A stretch of DNA of 18,062 nt from Anaeromyxobacteraceae bacterium. Its GTDB lineage: Bacteria > Myxococcota > Myxococcia > Myxococcales > Anaeromyxobacteraceae. The notes beneath the pieces are model-generated. The model did no database searches. It was not told the origin of the DNA and was given only the letters and a program-made list of their open reading frames with translations. Each line of letters opens with the position of its first letter. The stretch's first letter is position 1. The stretch covers positions 1 through 18,062 of the forward strand of contig DATIVK010000153.1 of assembly GCA_035465955.1 (NCBI GenBank). Direction: 5' to 3'. Position numbers and translations under genes: made by a program. Below are positions 7,394 to 15,112 of this stretch, in pieces.

Positions 7394-8614
7394 ATGGACA
7401 CTGGCGGCAGCGGCGCGACCCCGCCCATCGCCGTCGTCGCGATCGACCTCCGCTCCCCCGCCTCGACCGACGCGAACGTCCGCGCCATCACCGGTTCCCT
7501 GCGGGGCGACCGCGGGCCGGTGGACCTCCGCATCCGGTACGTGGACTGGGGGGCCGGCGCGCCGCGCCTGCTGGACGGCGACGGCGATCCGCCGCCGGAG
7601 TCGAGCCGGGGCCTGCCGGTCTCCCTCGCGGTCGGCGGCATCGGCGGCGCCGCGAGCGCCTCGCGCCTGCTCCTCGAGGAGGGCGCGGCGTGCCGCGCCG
7701 AGGCGGTCGCGTTCATCGCGGGCGAGCACCCCGGCCTGCCGGCCGGCTGGGCGCGCGCCCTCCTCGCGCCGATCTTCGCCGGCGGCTTCGACTTCGTGAG
7801 CCTCGCCTATGACCGCCACCCCCTCGACGGCGCGCTCAACACGGGCGTGGTCTACCCGTTCGTGCGCGCGGTCTACGGCGCCGCCCTGCGCCAGCCGCTC
7901 GGGGGCGAGGTGGCGCTCTCGATGCGCTTCGGGGCGCGGCTCCTCGAGGACCCGGACTGGCGGCGCGATCCCGCCTCCGCAGGCGGCGACGCCTGGCTGG
8001 TGGCGAAGGCGCTGACTTCGGGCGCCCGCGTCTGCGAGGCGCACCTCGGCCATTGGCCGCGCCCGCCGCTGGAGCGCTCGGATCCGAGCGAGGTCCTGGC
8101 GCACGTGCTCGGCCTGGTCTTCACCGAGACGGAGCGCGAGCCATCCCGATGGCAGCGGGTCCAGGCCTCGCGGCCGGTGGAGCGCTACGGCGTGCCCGAG
8201 GCGCCCGCGGGCCCGGCGCCGCGCCCCGACGTCGGGAAGCTGGTCGACGCGCTCCGGCTGGGGCTCCGCGAGCTGACGCCGGTCTGGTCGCAGTTCGTCC
8301 CGCCCGGCGCGCTCCTCGCGCTCCAGCGCGCCGCGGCGGCCCCCGCGCCGGAGTTCCGGATCGAGGACCGGCTCTGGGCCCGGCTCGTCTTCGACTTCGC
8401 GGTGGCCCACTCCACCCGGTTGGTCGAGCGGAGCCAGCTGCTCCGCTCCATGACGCCGATCTACCTGGGCTGGGTGGCGAGCTTCGCGAACGAGCTCCAG
8501 GGCCTGGCGCCGGCCGCCGCCGAGGAGCGCGTCGAGCGGCTCTGCAGGGCGTTCGAGGCGGAGAAGCGCTACCTGGTCGGGCGCTGGCGCTGGCCCGAGA
8601 GCTTCATCCCGTAA
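7394..8614 (+). CDS. Hypothetical protein with a divergent glycosyltransferase-A fold N-terminal domain plus a ~150-aa C-terminal domain of unknown function, 406 aa. It may be related to the glucosyl-3-phosphoglycerate synthase (GT81) family but lacks the DxD motif
   Basis: ATG at 7394 is preceded by GGAGGG (7381-7386). Codon usage is balanced and GC3 is strong, unlike the R/A/G/E/D-rich antisense frame. From memory, the segment IAVVAIDL....AEAVAFIAGEHPGLPAGWARALLAPIFAGGFDFVSLAYDRHPL....VVYPFVRAVYGAALRQPLGGEVALSMRF aligns in pattern to mycobacterial GpgS (DIVVFIDSDLINPHPLFVPWLVGPLL...VKSFYRRPL...VTELVARPLLAALRPELGCVLQPLSGEYAASRELL). In that alignment the DSD is replaced by AGE. The family assignment is unverified. 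Confidence 0.6.
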   Translation: MDTGGSGATPPIAVVAIDLRSPASTDANVRAITGSLRGDRGPVDLRIRYVDWGAGAPRLLDGDGDPPPESSRGLPVSLAVGGIGGAASASRLLLEEGAACRAEAVAFIAGEHPGLPAGWARALLAPIFAGGFDFVSLAYDRHPLDGALNTGVVYPFVRAVYGAALRQPLGGEVALSMRFGARLLEDPDWRRDPASAGGDAWLVAKALTSGARVCEAHLGHWPRPPLERSDPSEVLAHVLGLVFTETEREPSRWQRVQASRPVERYGVPEAPAGPAPRPDVGKLVDALRLGLRELTPVWSQFVPPGALLALQRAAAAPAPEFRIEDRLWARLVFDFAVAHSTRLVERSQLLRSMTPIYLGWVASFANELQGLAPAAAEERVERLCRAFEAEKRYLVGRWRWPESFIP

Positions 8615-8628
8615 GAGGAGGTTCGCCG

Positions 8629-9336
8629 ATGTGGGAGACGACACGCACGATCTTCGCCCAGTCCCTCGAGCGGGCGCTGACCGCCCTGGCCCGCGTCGCG
8701 CCCGGGCTCCTCGCCCTCCTCGTCGTCTTCGCGGCCTCGGTGATCGCGGCCGCCCTGGTCCGGGCGGGGCTCCACCGGCTCTGCGCGCGGATCGGGCTCG
8801 ACGCGTGGGCCGCCCGCTGGGGGCTCTCCAGCCCGGAGGCGGGGCGGGCGTCGCCGTCGGCGGTGGCGGCCAACCTCGGGACGGCGACGGTGCTCGCGTT
8901 CGGGCTGCTGCTCGGGCTGGCCATCTTCGACGCCGCGGCGAAGACGGCGCTGACGACCCACGCGGCGGACTACGCGCCCCACGTGCTCGCGGCGGCGCTC
9001 ATCTTCGTCGCCGGCCTCGCCGCCGCGCGGGCCCTCGAGCGGCAGCTCCTCATCTCCGCCGTCAACCTCGGGCTGCAGTCGGCCCGCCTGGTGGCGGGCG
9101 GGGCGCGCTGGATCGTCCTCACGATGGCGACCGGGATGGCGCTGGAGCACCTCGGCATCGGCGGGAGGACCCTCCCCATCCTGCTCGCGATCGTCGTCGG
9201 GGGGATCGTGCTGGCGCTCGCGCTCGCGTTCGGCCTCGGGGCGCGCGACGCCGTGGCGCGGGCGCTGGAGCGGCGGACCGGCGCGGCGGAGGAGGGGGCG
9301 AAGCGCGGCGGCGGCCAGGACGTCCAGCACATGTAG
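8629..9336 (+). CDS. Small polytopic membrane protein with an internal duplication (two similar halves of paired transmembrane helices), 235 aa. It may be related to the conserved-TM-helix / mechanosensitive-channel-associated type
   Basis: ATG at 8629 lies 7 bp after a strong GAGGAGG RBS (8615-8621) and 14 bp after the stop of the upstream gene. There are four hydrophobic helices (LLALLVVFAASVIAAALV; TATVLAFGLLLGLAIF; HVLAAALIFVAGLAAA; ILLAIVVGGIVLALALAFGL). The two halves resemble each other (LERAL...ARxG... / LERQL...ARLVAGGARW...). It is the tail of track ORF 8053..9336. Confidence 0.65.
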   Translation: MWETTRTIFAQSLERALTALARVAPGLLALLVVFAASVIAAALVRAGLHRLCARIGLDAWAARWGLSSPEAGRASPSAVAANLGTATVLAFGLLLGLAIFDAAAKTALTTHAADYAPHVLAAALIFVAGLAAARALERQLLISAVNLGLQSARLVAGGARWIVLTMATGMALEHLGIGGRTLPILLAIVVGGIVLALALAFGLGARDAVARALERRTGAAEEGAKRGGGQDVQHM

Positions 9337-9345
9337 CGGGCGCGC

Positions 9346-10878
9346 ATGACGACCCAGTGGCTCGGCGGCCGGCGCCGCTCCGGGATCCTCCTCCACCCGA
9401 CCTCCCTGCCGGGCCCCCACGGCATCGGCGACCTGGGGCGGGGCGCGCACGCCTTCGCCGACTTCCTCGCCGCGGCCGGCCAGGGCGTCTGGCAGGTCCT
9501 CCCGCTCGTCCCCACGGGCTACGGCGACTCCCCGTACCAGGGGCTCGGCGCCCATGGCGGGAACGCCCTGATGGTGGCGCTGGAGCCGCTCGTGGAGGAG
9601 GGGCTGCTGGAGGCGGCGGAGCTGGCGTCCGGGGACCTTCCGCCCGGCCCCGTGCCGTTCGAGCGGCTCATCCCGTGGAAGGAGGCGCTCCTCTCCAGGG
9701 CGGCCCGTCGGTTCGCCGCGCGCGGCGCCCCGGCGCGGCGCGCCGCCTTCGACGCCTTCCGGCACGCGTCGCCGGAGGTGGAGCGGCTCGCCCTCTTCCT
9801 CGCGCTCAAGGCGCGCGCCGGCGGCCGGCCGTGGTGGGAGTGGGAGCCGCGCCTCGCGGCGTGCGAGCCGGCCGCGGTCGCCGCGGCGGGGCGCGCGCTG
9901 GCCGCCGAGGTCGTCGACCGGGCCTTCGCCCAGTTCCTCTTCGCGGAGCAGTGGGGGGCGCTGCGCGATCACTGCCGCGCGCGGGGGGTGCTCCTCGTCG
10001 GGGACCTGCCGATCTACGTGGCCCACGACAGCGTCGACGTCTGGTCCCGCCGGGAGCTCTTCGCGCTCGGTGCGGACGGGATGCCCACGGCGGTGGCGGG
10101 CGTCCCGCCCGACTACTTCAGCGCCGACGGACAGCGCTGGGGGAACCCGCTCTACCGCTGGGACGCCCTCGCGCGTGACGGCTTCCGCTTCTTCGTGGAG
10201 CGGGTCCGCGCGGCCCTCGGGCAGGTGGACGTGCTCCGGCTCGATCACTTCCGGGGCTTCGAGGCCTACTGGGCCATCCCCGCCGGCGCCACGACGGCGA
10301 GGGAGGGGGAGTGGCTGCCGGGCCCGGGCGCGCCGTTCCTCGAGGTCCTCCGGCTCGCGCTGGGCGAGCCGCTGCCGTTCGTCGCGGAGAACCTCGGCGT
10401 GATCACGCCGGCCGTCGAGGGGCTGCGGCGGCGCTTCGCGCTGCCGGGGATGGCCATCCTCCAGTTCGCCTTCGGCAACGACCCGCAGGCGCCGACCTTC
10501 CTCCCGCACAACTACGGGCGCGATCTCGTCGCCTACTCGGGCACGCACGACAACGACACGGTCCTCGGCTGGTGGGGGAGCGAGGGGGGCGACTCGATCC
10601 GGACCCCGGAGGAGATCCGGCGCGAGAAGGCGCGCGCCCTCGCCTACCTGCGCGCCGACGGCCGCGAGATGAACTGGACGCTGATCGCGACGCTGCTCGC
10701 CTCGGTGGCCGACACCGTGATCTTCCCGCTCCAGGACGTGCTGGGGCTGGGCACGGAGGGGCGGATGAACCGCCCCTCGACGGCGTCGGGGAACTGGCGG
10801 TGGCGGTTCCGCGACGGTGACCTGACGCCGGCGCTCGCGGCGAGGTTGGGGGAGCTGACGGGGCGGTACGGGCGCTGA
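9346..10878 (+). CDS. malQ: 4-alpha-glucanotransferase (amylomaltase, GH77), 510 aa
   Basis: The N-terminus RRSGILLHPTSLPGPHGIGDLG, then WQVLPLVPTGYGDSPYQ, match GH77 amylomaltases, and ~500 aa is the typical length. It starts 9 bp after the upstream membrane-protein gene, which suggests an operon. Confidence 0.92.
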   Translation: MTTQWLGGRRRSGILLHPTSLPGPHGIGDLGRGAHAFADFLAAAGQGVWQVLPLVPTGYGDSPYQGLGAHGGNALMVALEPLVEEGLLEAAELASGDLPPGPVPFERLIPWKEALLSRAARRFAARGAPARRAAFDAFRHASPEVERLALFLALKARAGGRPWWEWEPRLAACEPAAVAAAGRALAAEVVDRAFAQFLFAEQWGALRDHCRARGVLLVGDLPIYVAHDSVDVWSRRELFALGADGMPTAVAGVPPDYFSADGQRWGNPLYRWDALARDGFRFFVERVRAALGQVDVLRLDHFRGFEAYWAIPAGATTAREGEWLPGPGAPFLEVLRLALGEPLPFVAENLGVITPAVEGLRRRFALPGMAILQFAFGNDPQAPTFLPHNYGRDLVAYSGTHDNDTVLGWWGSEGGDSIRTPEEIRREKARALAYLRADGREMNWTLIATLLASVADTVIFPLQDVLGLGTEGRMNRPSTASGNWRWRFRDGDLTPALAARLGELTGRYGR

Positions 10879-10921
10879 GCGCCGCGAGACGACCCCCGCT
10901 CCCCCACCGACTCCCCGCCGC

Positions 10922-13258
10922 CTACTTCGGCGGCTCGGGCGCCGCCGGGGCCGCGACGAAGCTCCTCCCGCTCAGCTTCTCCAGCAGCGCGATCCCGAAG
11001 AGGCCGTTCACGAGGCCGTTGCCGTCGCCGCCCCCGGCCCCCCCGCCGACGACCAGGTTGTCGGGGATGAACTTGAGCTGGCTGGAGGCGATCTTGTCGA
11101 TGACGCGGATCTGGCCGAAGACCTCGCGCCCCATGGCGGCGACCTCGAGCTTGTAGGCCTCGGCGGTGGACGTGCCCTTGGCCAGGATGATCTCCGCCTC
11201 GGCGGTCCCCACCTTCTGGATGGCCTGGGCGTCGGCGTCGGCGTTGACCTTGGTGGCCTCGGCCTTGCCGCCGGCCTCGAGCCTGACCGCGGTCGCCTTG
11301 CCCTCGGCCGTCAGGATGGCCGCCTGCTTCGAGCCCTCGGCCTCCTTGATGCGCCCCTCCGCGAGGTTCTTCTGGATCTCGACGTTCCGCTCCGACTCGA
11401 CCACCTGCGGCTGCATGTTGGCCTGCGCCTTGGCGTTCTCGAGCGCGCGGCGCTCGTCCTGGGCCTCCTTCTGGGTGGCGAAGGTCTTCTTCTCCTGCTC
11501 CGCGATCTGCCGGTCGGTGACCGTCTTGGTGAGCTCGACGGGGAGCACGACGTCGGCGATCAGCGTGTCCTTGGAGTCGATGTGGTGGACCCGGAGCACG
11601 GTGTCGATGTGCTCCTTGGCCTTCTCCTGCAGCTCCCTGCGCTGGGTGTAGAGATCGAGGGCCTTGATGTACTGGGCCGCGTTGCGGAAGTGGGAGCTGA
11701 TGGCCGGCTCCAGCACCTGGGAGATCATGTTCTTCACCGAGCCCAGGTTCGCGATGACCTTCGGCGCGTTCTTCACCGGGATGTGGATGATGACGCTCAC
11801 GTCCATGTTGACGTTGAAGGCGTCGGCGGTGCGCAGCGTGATCGTCTTGAGGCTGGAGTCGAGCTCGTGGGCGCTGGAGCGGGTGTCGGCCCAGTTGAGG
11901 AGGATCTGCGTCGTGGGGACGATGTCCACCTTGCAGATCTTGGTGTTGAGCGGGTGCTTGCCCGGCTGGAGCGGCTCGGCCCAGATGCCCTTGCTGCCGT
12001 TGGCGACGATCTTGGCGTTGACGGCGTCGTCGGTGAGGTCCTGCCCCTCGCCCCCGACGTAGCTCGTGACCACGCCGCAGCTGCCGATCTGGACCTGGAT
12101 CATGTCCACCTTCTCGATGGTGGCGAACCAGGGGTTGATGGCGTAGTTGCCGGCGCGCAGCACCGGGATCTGGAGCCCCTTCTGGCCGCCGGCCTTGAGG
12201 AACGCGTCGGCGTTCTGGAAGTTGTCGTGGACGTTCAGCGGCAGCTCGTCGGCGGCGATCTTGCTGGGATCGGTGATCGGCTTGCCCTCGTTGATCGTCA
12301 CGATGCCCACCTGGTCGGCGCCGACATGGGTCCAGTCGGCGATCTCGATGATCCGGAAGAGCATCGGGTTCAGCCGGTAGACGCCCGGCATCAGCACGTC
12401 CAGCTGCCGCCCCTTCTCGCCGCCGTTGCGGATGAAGGCCTCGCCGTCGAAGAAGTTGCTGTGCCCCGTGATCCGGGCGGCGAGGAGGCGCCCCTCCGGG
12501 ATCCGCGCGCCGTCGGTGGCCTCGACCAGCCCCACCTTCCCGCCGGGAATCCGGGTGATCGGCAGCTTCTGGACCCGGAACATCAGCGTGTTGACGCGGT
12601 AGTAGCCGGGGGGCAGGAACTGGATCTGCGGCCCCTTCTGCCCCCCGTTCTGGATGAAGCCGTCGGCGTCCTGGAAGCTGTCGCACTCGACCGGCGAGCC
12701 GAAGTTGCCGCCCTCGCGAGCGACGCGCTTGCCGTCGATCGCCTCGACGTAGCCCACCTCGTCGTCCTCGATCATGGTGGCCGGGACCTCGGTCACCTCG
12801 AACAGGTGCGGGTTGATCTTGTATTCACCCTCGGGAAGGATGGCGAGCTGCGGCCCCTTCTCGCCGCCGTTCCGGAGGAAGGCCTCGCCGTCCTGGAAGA
12901 GGTCGCACGCGACGCTGCGCGCCATGAAGCTGCCGGAGGGGATGGGCGCGCCCGCGATGGCGCGCACGACGCCCACCATGTCCTTCTTGATCACGCAGAA
13001 GTCCCGCTTCATCACCCGGTAGATGAAGGGGAAGAGCAGGTGGAAGCCCGGCCCCAGCACCCGCGCCTGGACGCCGACCTCGTCCCGCAGGGCGACGGTC
13101 CGCCCGTCGGGCATCTGCCTGCCGAACCAGCGGCGCTCGAGGAGGATGATCTGGTTCCCCTTCGCGATGGTGAAGGACCTGGAGGCGATCACCAGGGCGA
13201 GCGCCGCGCCCAGCAGCCAGAGCAGCGGGGTGAGCGACGGAACGAGCGACGTCTCCAT
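10922..13258 (-). CDS. Flotillin / SPFH (band 7) family membrane protein, 778 aa, carrying 5-6 tandem N-terminal repeats of an SPFH-like beta-hairpin segment
   Basis: The N-terminus has a transmembrane helix (LTPLLWLLGAALALVIA). A repeated ~75-aa unit follows ([CH]DxFQDGEAFxRNGGEKGxQxxxLxPGxYxxNPxxF). Then comes an SPFH core and a charged, Ala/Glu-rich flotillin C-terminal region (...KEAEGSKQAAILTAEGKATAVRLEAGGKAEATKVNADADAQAIQKVGTAEAEIILAKGTSTAEAYKLEVAAMGRE...). ATG is at 13256-13258 (revcomp) with GAGAGGAAG on the minus strand upstream. Confidence 0.85.
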   Translation of the reverse strand: METSLVPSLTPLLWLLGAALALVIASRSFTIAKGNQIILLERRWFGRQMPDGRTVALRDEVGVQARVLGPGFHLLFPFIYRVMKRDFCVIKKDMVGVVRAIAGAPIPSGSFMARSVACDLFQDGEAFLRNGGEKGPQLAILPEGEYKINPHLFEVTEVPATMIEDDEVGYVEAIDGKRVAREGGNFGSPVECDSFQDADGFIQNGGQKGPQIQFLPPGYYRVNTLMFRVQKLPITRIPGGKVGLVEATDGARIPEGRLLAARITGHSNFFDGEAFIRNGGEKGRQLDVLMPGVYRLNPMLFRIIEIADWTHVGADQVGIVTINEGKPITDPSKIAADELPLNVHDNFQNADAFLKAGGQKGLQIPVLRAGNYAINPWFATIEKVDMIQVQIGSCGVVTSYVGGEGQDLTDDAVNAKIVANGSKGIWAEPLQPGKHPLNTKICKVDIVPTTQILLNWADTRSSAHELDSSLKTITLRTADAFNVNMDVSVIIHIPVKNAPKVIANLGSVKNMISQVLEPAISSHFRNAAQYIKALDLYTQRRELQEKAKEHIDTVLRVHHIDSKDTLIADVVLPVELTKTVTDRQIAEQEKKTFATQKEAQDERRALENAKAQANMQPQVVESERNVEIQKNLAEGRIKEAEGSKQAAILTAEGKATAVRLEAGGKAEATKVNADADAQAIQKVGTAEAEIILAKGTSTAEAYKLEVAAMGREVFGQIRVIDKIASSQLKFIPDNLVVGGGAGGGDGNGLVNGLFGIALLEKLSGRSFVAAPAAPEPPK

Positions 13259-13345
13259 GTTCGGCTTCCTCTCGTGGGCCCCGGCGGCGGGGGGCGGAAC
13301 GGTGACTTCCAGTCAACGGGGAAGCCTACCCGACCCCTCCGACGT

Positions 13346-14992
13346 TCACGGCCGCCGCAGCTCGAACCAGTAGTAGCCGTATGCCCCGAGGCTCAGGAAG
13401 TAGGGCTCGCGCCGGATCTGCGGGAAGGGCGTGAAGCCGAGCAGCTCCCACGGGACCCAGCCCTCGAAGGCGGAGAGGTCGAGCTCGGCCGGCTGGGGCG
13501 TGCGGGAGAGGTTGGCGACGCAGAGCACCACGTCGTCCTCCCAGCGCCGGAGCCACGCGAGGATCGGCGACGTGGCGCAGGGCAGCAGCTCCATGGTGCC
13601 GCGCCCGAAGACGCGGAACTGCCGCCGCAGCCGGATCATGTTGCGCATCCAGCGGAGCAGCGACGAGGGATCCCGGAGCTCCGCCTCGACGTTGACGGCG
13701 TGCGCCCCGTACACGGGGTCGGAGATGGGGCGCGAGTAGAGCTGCTCCGGCGCGGCCGTCGAGAACCCCGCGGTGGCCCCCGCGCTCCACTGCATGGGGG
13801 TCCGGACGCCGTCGCGATCCGGCCGGGCGACGTCGTCGCCCATGCCGAGCTCGTCGCCGTAGTACAGGAACGGCGTCCCGGGGAACGAGAACAGGATGAA
13901 GTGGAGCAGCTCGATCCGGGGGCGGCTGTTGGCGACGAGCGGGGCGAGGCGGCGCCGGATCCCGAGGTTGAGCCGCGCGCGCGCGTCCCGGGCGTACGCG
14001 AGCACCATGTAGCTCCGCTCGTCCTCGGTCACCATCTCGAGCGTGAGCTCGTCGTGGTTGCGGAGGAAGAGCGCCCACTGGCAGCTCTCCGGGATGGCCG
14101 GGGTCCCCGCGACGATCTCGGCGATCGGGCCGGCGTCCTCCCGCCGCAGCCCCATGAAGAGGCGGGGCATGAGCGGGAAGTGGAAGGCCATGTGGCACTC
14201 GTCCCCGTCGCCGAAGTAGGCGCGGACCTCCTGCGGCATCTGGTTGGCCTCGGCGAGGAGGAGGCAGGCCGGGTCGTGGGCCTGGATCTCCGCGCGGATC
14301 CGCTTGATGACGAGGTGGGTCTCGGGGAGGTTCTCGCAGCTCGTCCCGTCGCGCTCGACGAGGTACGGGATCGCGTCGAGCCGGAAGCCGTCGACGCCCA
14401 CCCCGAGCCAGAAGCGCATCACCTCGACGACCGCCTCGATCACCGCCGGGTTGTCGAAGTTGAGGTCGGGCTGGTGGCTGAAGAAGCGGTGCCAGTAGAA
14501 CGCGCGCGCCTCGGGGTCCCAGGTCCAGTTGGAGCGCTCGGTGTCGAGGAAGATGATCCGCGCGTCCGCGTAGCGCGTGTCGGTGTCGCTCCAGACGTAC
14601 CAGTCGCGCTCCGGGGAGCCGGGCGGCGCCCTGCGCGCGCGCTGGAACCACGGGTGCTGGTCCGAGGTGTGGTTCACCACGAGCTCGATCAGCACGGCGA
14701 TGCCGCGCCGGTGCGCCTCCTCGACGAGCCGGCGGAAGTCGTCGAGGGTGCCGTAGGCGGGGTGGACGCCGAGGTAGTCCGCGATGTCGTAGCCGTCGTC
14801 CCGGAGCGGGGAGGGGAAGAAGGGGAGGAGCCAGAGGCACGTGATGCCGAGGTCCTGCAGGTAGTCGAGCTTCGACGCCAGCCCTGCGAGATCGCCGACG
14901 CCGTCGCCGGTGGAGTCGAAGAACGCCTTGACGTGCGTCTCGTAGACGATCGCGTCCTTGAACCAGCCGGGCTCGCGGAGGAACGAGGCCAT
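13346..14992 (-). CDS. treS: Trehalose synthase / maltose alpha-D-glucosyltransferase (GH13_16), 548 aa
   Basis: I chose the start at MASFLREPGWFKDAIVYETHVKAFFDSTGDGVGDLAGL (ATG at 14990-14992, revcomp). There is near-diagnostic similarity to mycobacterial TreS through LDYLQDLGITCLWLLPFFPSPLRDDGYDI, VNHTSDQHPWFQ, YWHRFFSHQPDLNFDNPAV, GVDGFRLDAIPYL and CENLPETH. The rest of the 1270-aa track ORF upstream is an open-frame artifact. Confidence 0.93.
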   Translation of the reverse strand: MASFLREPGWFKDAIVYETHVKAFFDSTGDGVGDLAGLASKLDYLQDLGITCLWLLPFFPSPLRDDGYDIADYLGVHPAYGTLDDFRRLVEEAHRRGIAVLIELVVNHTSDQHPWFQRARRAPPGSPERDWYVWSDTDTRYADARIIFLDTERSNWTWDPEARAFYWHRFFSHQPDLNFDNPAVIEAVVEVMRFWLGVGVDGFRLDAIPYLVERDGTSCENLPETHLVIKRIRAEIQAHDPACLLLAEANQMPQEVRAYFGDGDECHMAFHFPLMPRLFMGLRREDAGPIAEIVAGTPAIPESCQWALFLRNHDELTLEMVTEDERSYMVLAYARDARARLNLGIRRRLAPLVANSRPRIELLHFILFSFPGTPFLYYGDELGMGDDVARPDRDGVRTPMQWSAGATAGFSTAAPEQLYSRPISDPVYGAHAVNVEAELRDPSSLLRWMRNMIRLRRQFRVFGRGTMELLPCATSPILAWLRRWEDDVVLCVANLSRTPQPAELDLSAFEGWVPWELLGFTPFPQIRREPYFLSLGAYGYYWFELRRP

Positions 14993-15112
14993 CGGGAGAG
15001 AGCCTACCGCGCGCCGGTGGGCGGTCGACGGCTCGTCGGGGGCGTGCGCGGGCGGCGCGTTGATCGGGGGCGCGGGTCCGTGGTCTACCGGTGAAGGGGT
15101 GCCCGCGGCGAG

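Noticed and set aside
7238-8644. N-terminal 469 aa of the 760-aa minus-strand ORF 6362..8644
   Set aside because: It is antisense to the better-supported + strand genes 7394..8614 and 8629..9336. Its composition is degenerate (R/A/G/E/D), while the phosphoesterase signatures begin only after the ATG at 7237.
11582-15094. 1170-aa + strand ORF antisense to the flotillin and treS genes; also 10644..12686 (-), 8569..10548 (-), 8631..10178 (+), 6060..7103 (-), 5679..6452 (+), 13326..14840 (-) and the other shorter track ORFs not listed as features
   Set aside because: The same reasoning applies. These are compositional artifacts overlapping genes with clear family signatures, and they show no recognisable motifs.
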